A stretch of 63,178 bases of DNA, the filler included, from Lenisia limosa (lineage: Eukaryota > Protista > Breviatea): assembly GCA_001655205.1 (NCBI GenBank). It is 13 parts of 13 records of this genome, joined end to end, with 100 filler letters (N's around TTAATTAATTAA, not from the genome) between each part and the next. Parts side by side here need not be neighbours in the genome. Positions count along the whole stretch, not along the records: positions 59,621 to 63,178 come from LPNZ01005895.1; 12 more parts are not named here. One strand, written 5' to 3'. The notes under the pieces are model-generated. The model was given only the letters and a program-made list of their open reading frames with translations, made no database searches and had not been told where the DNA came from. Positions 62,362-63,178 of this stretch are shown here, piece after piece. The position numbers and the translations under genes were made by a program. The stretch's first letter is position 1. Every line of letters starts with the position of its first letter.

Positions 62362-63178
62362 GTCCAATTTGAGTTTATCAAATACAATCTCTAACTACAA
62401 TAACTGAAGCAACAACACATGCGTCAAGTGTCAAGCATAAAACAATGACAAATTAAACAACCTAGAAAAAGAAATAACCCAAAAAATAGAGCCTAATGCA
62501 AAACAGAAACGGGAGATCTGTTTCAGGAGGAAGAAGGTCTTCCACAGTTTCCTTGGATGTTTATGACACCGTAAAAAGACAGCCAGCCGTATGTTACCCG
62601 GGAAATGGGAAATGTGATTTCGGGAAAATCGTCATAATTTTTCAAAATGACCATATTTTCAAACAAATGTCAAATTTTATGCTAATATCATGATCTTTTA
62701 CGGGACAAGGGGGACAGGGGGGTAATAAGGGAGGGGAAAGAAAGAAAACTATAGTGACACGTCATAGGAATGTCAAAAATATGACGAAGAAGACACCAGT
62801 AAGACACCAGATCAAATTTGACTTTTGCAATATTTTTCTCTTCTCTAAATAAGGGTTTCCCTTGTGTTCTCTTAAATATGACAGTTGAACATATATTTGG
62901 GATATACAACCAATAATGAAATACGATTACGATTCGAGTTCAGGAATGCATCTGGGTATAGACAGAGGGACACAAAGCAAATAATAAAAAAAAAATCATT
63001 TGAGATACATTTACCAATAACCATCCACCCCTTCCAAGAAGCTCCTTAAGAAGGCAGAAAGCAGACAGGTCTAAGGAGATCAAGCCATTGAGAAGATTAC
63101 TAACCGGAAAGAAGTACTAGTATTTGCCTTGATTCGGCTTTGACTTGACTTCTATTTTTTTGGCGTAGGAATGTGCTT

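Noticed and set aside
62400-63178. Possible minus-strand gene end after PEX7
   Set aside because: Short exon-like patches only; no frame or motif could be established within the window.

Overview
Gene-dense, intron-rich, AT-rich eukaryotic draft scaffold. A free-living protist, possibly an amoebozoan, is inferred from gene content and is not proven. Most ORFs in the supplied track are off-frame or antisense; real genes had to be reassembled by eye from small GT-AG exons, so gene boundaries are approximate. Recognisable genes: an ABCC/MRP transporter (5' half), a Kv-type 6TM channel with a non-canonical MGVGYGD filter, a choline/ethanolamine phosphotransferase, AMPK gamma, SGTA, a bacterial-type hybrid peroxiredoxin-glutaredoxin, a secreted peptidoglycan-binding plus L,D-transpeptidase-like (YkuD) protein, a DUF11-like protein, a RING-HC protein, an LTO1-like protein, the last exons of RPA1, a multi-LIM protein, PEX7, and two tRNAs (Met with intron, Ser-AGA). 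Introns carry several short repeat families. Two of them (A and B) are in host-sense orientation wherever the host strand can be read and usually run to the 3' splice site, which is introner-like. The others are a cUUCGg-hairpin family and a TA-flanked MITE with 15 or more copies. Also present: larger TIR elements, a Tc1 transposase relic, a RecQ-like helicase relic, a 61-bp perfect inverted repeat and a 1.4-kb satellite. The recurring N-TTAATTAATTAA-N blocks are assembly spacers.
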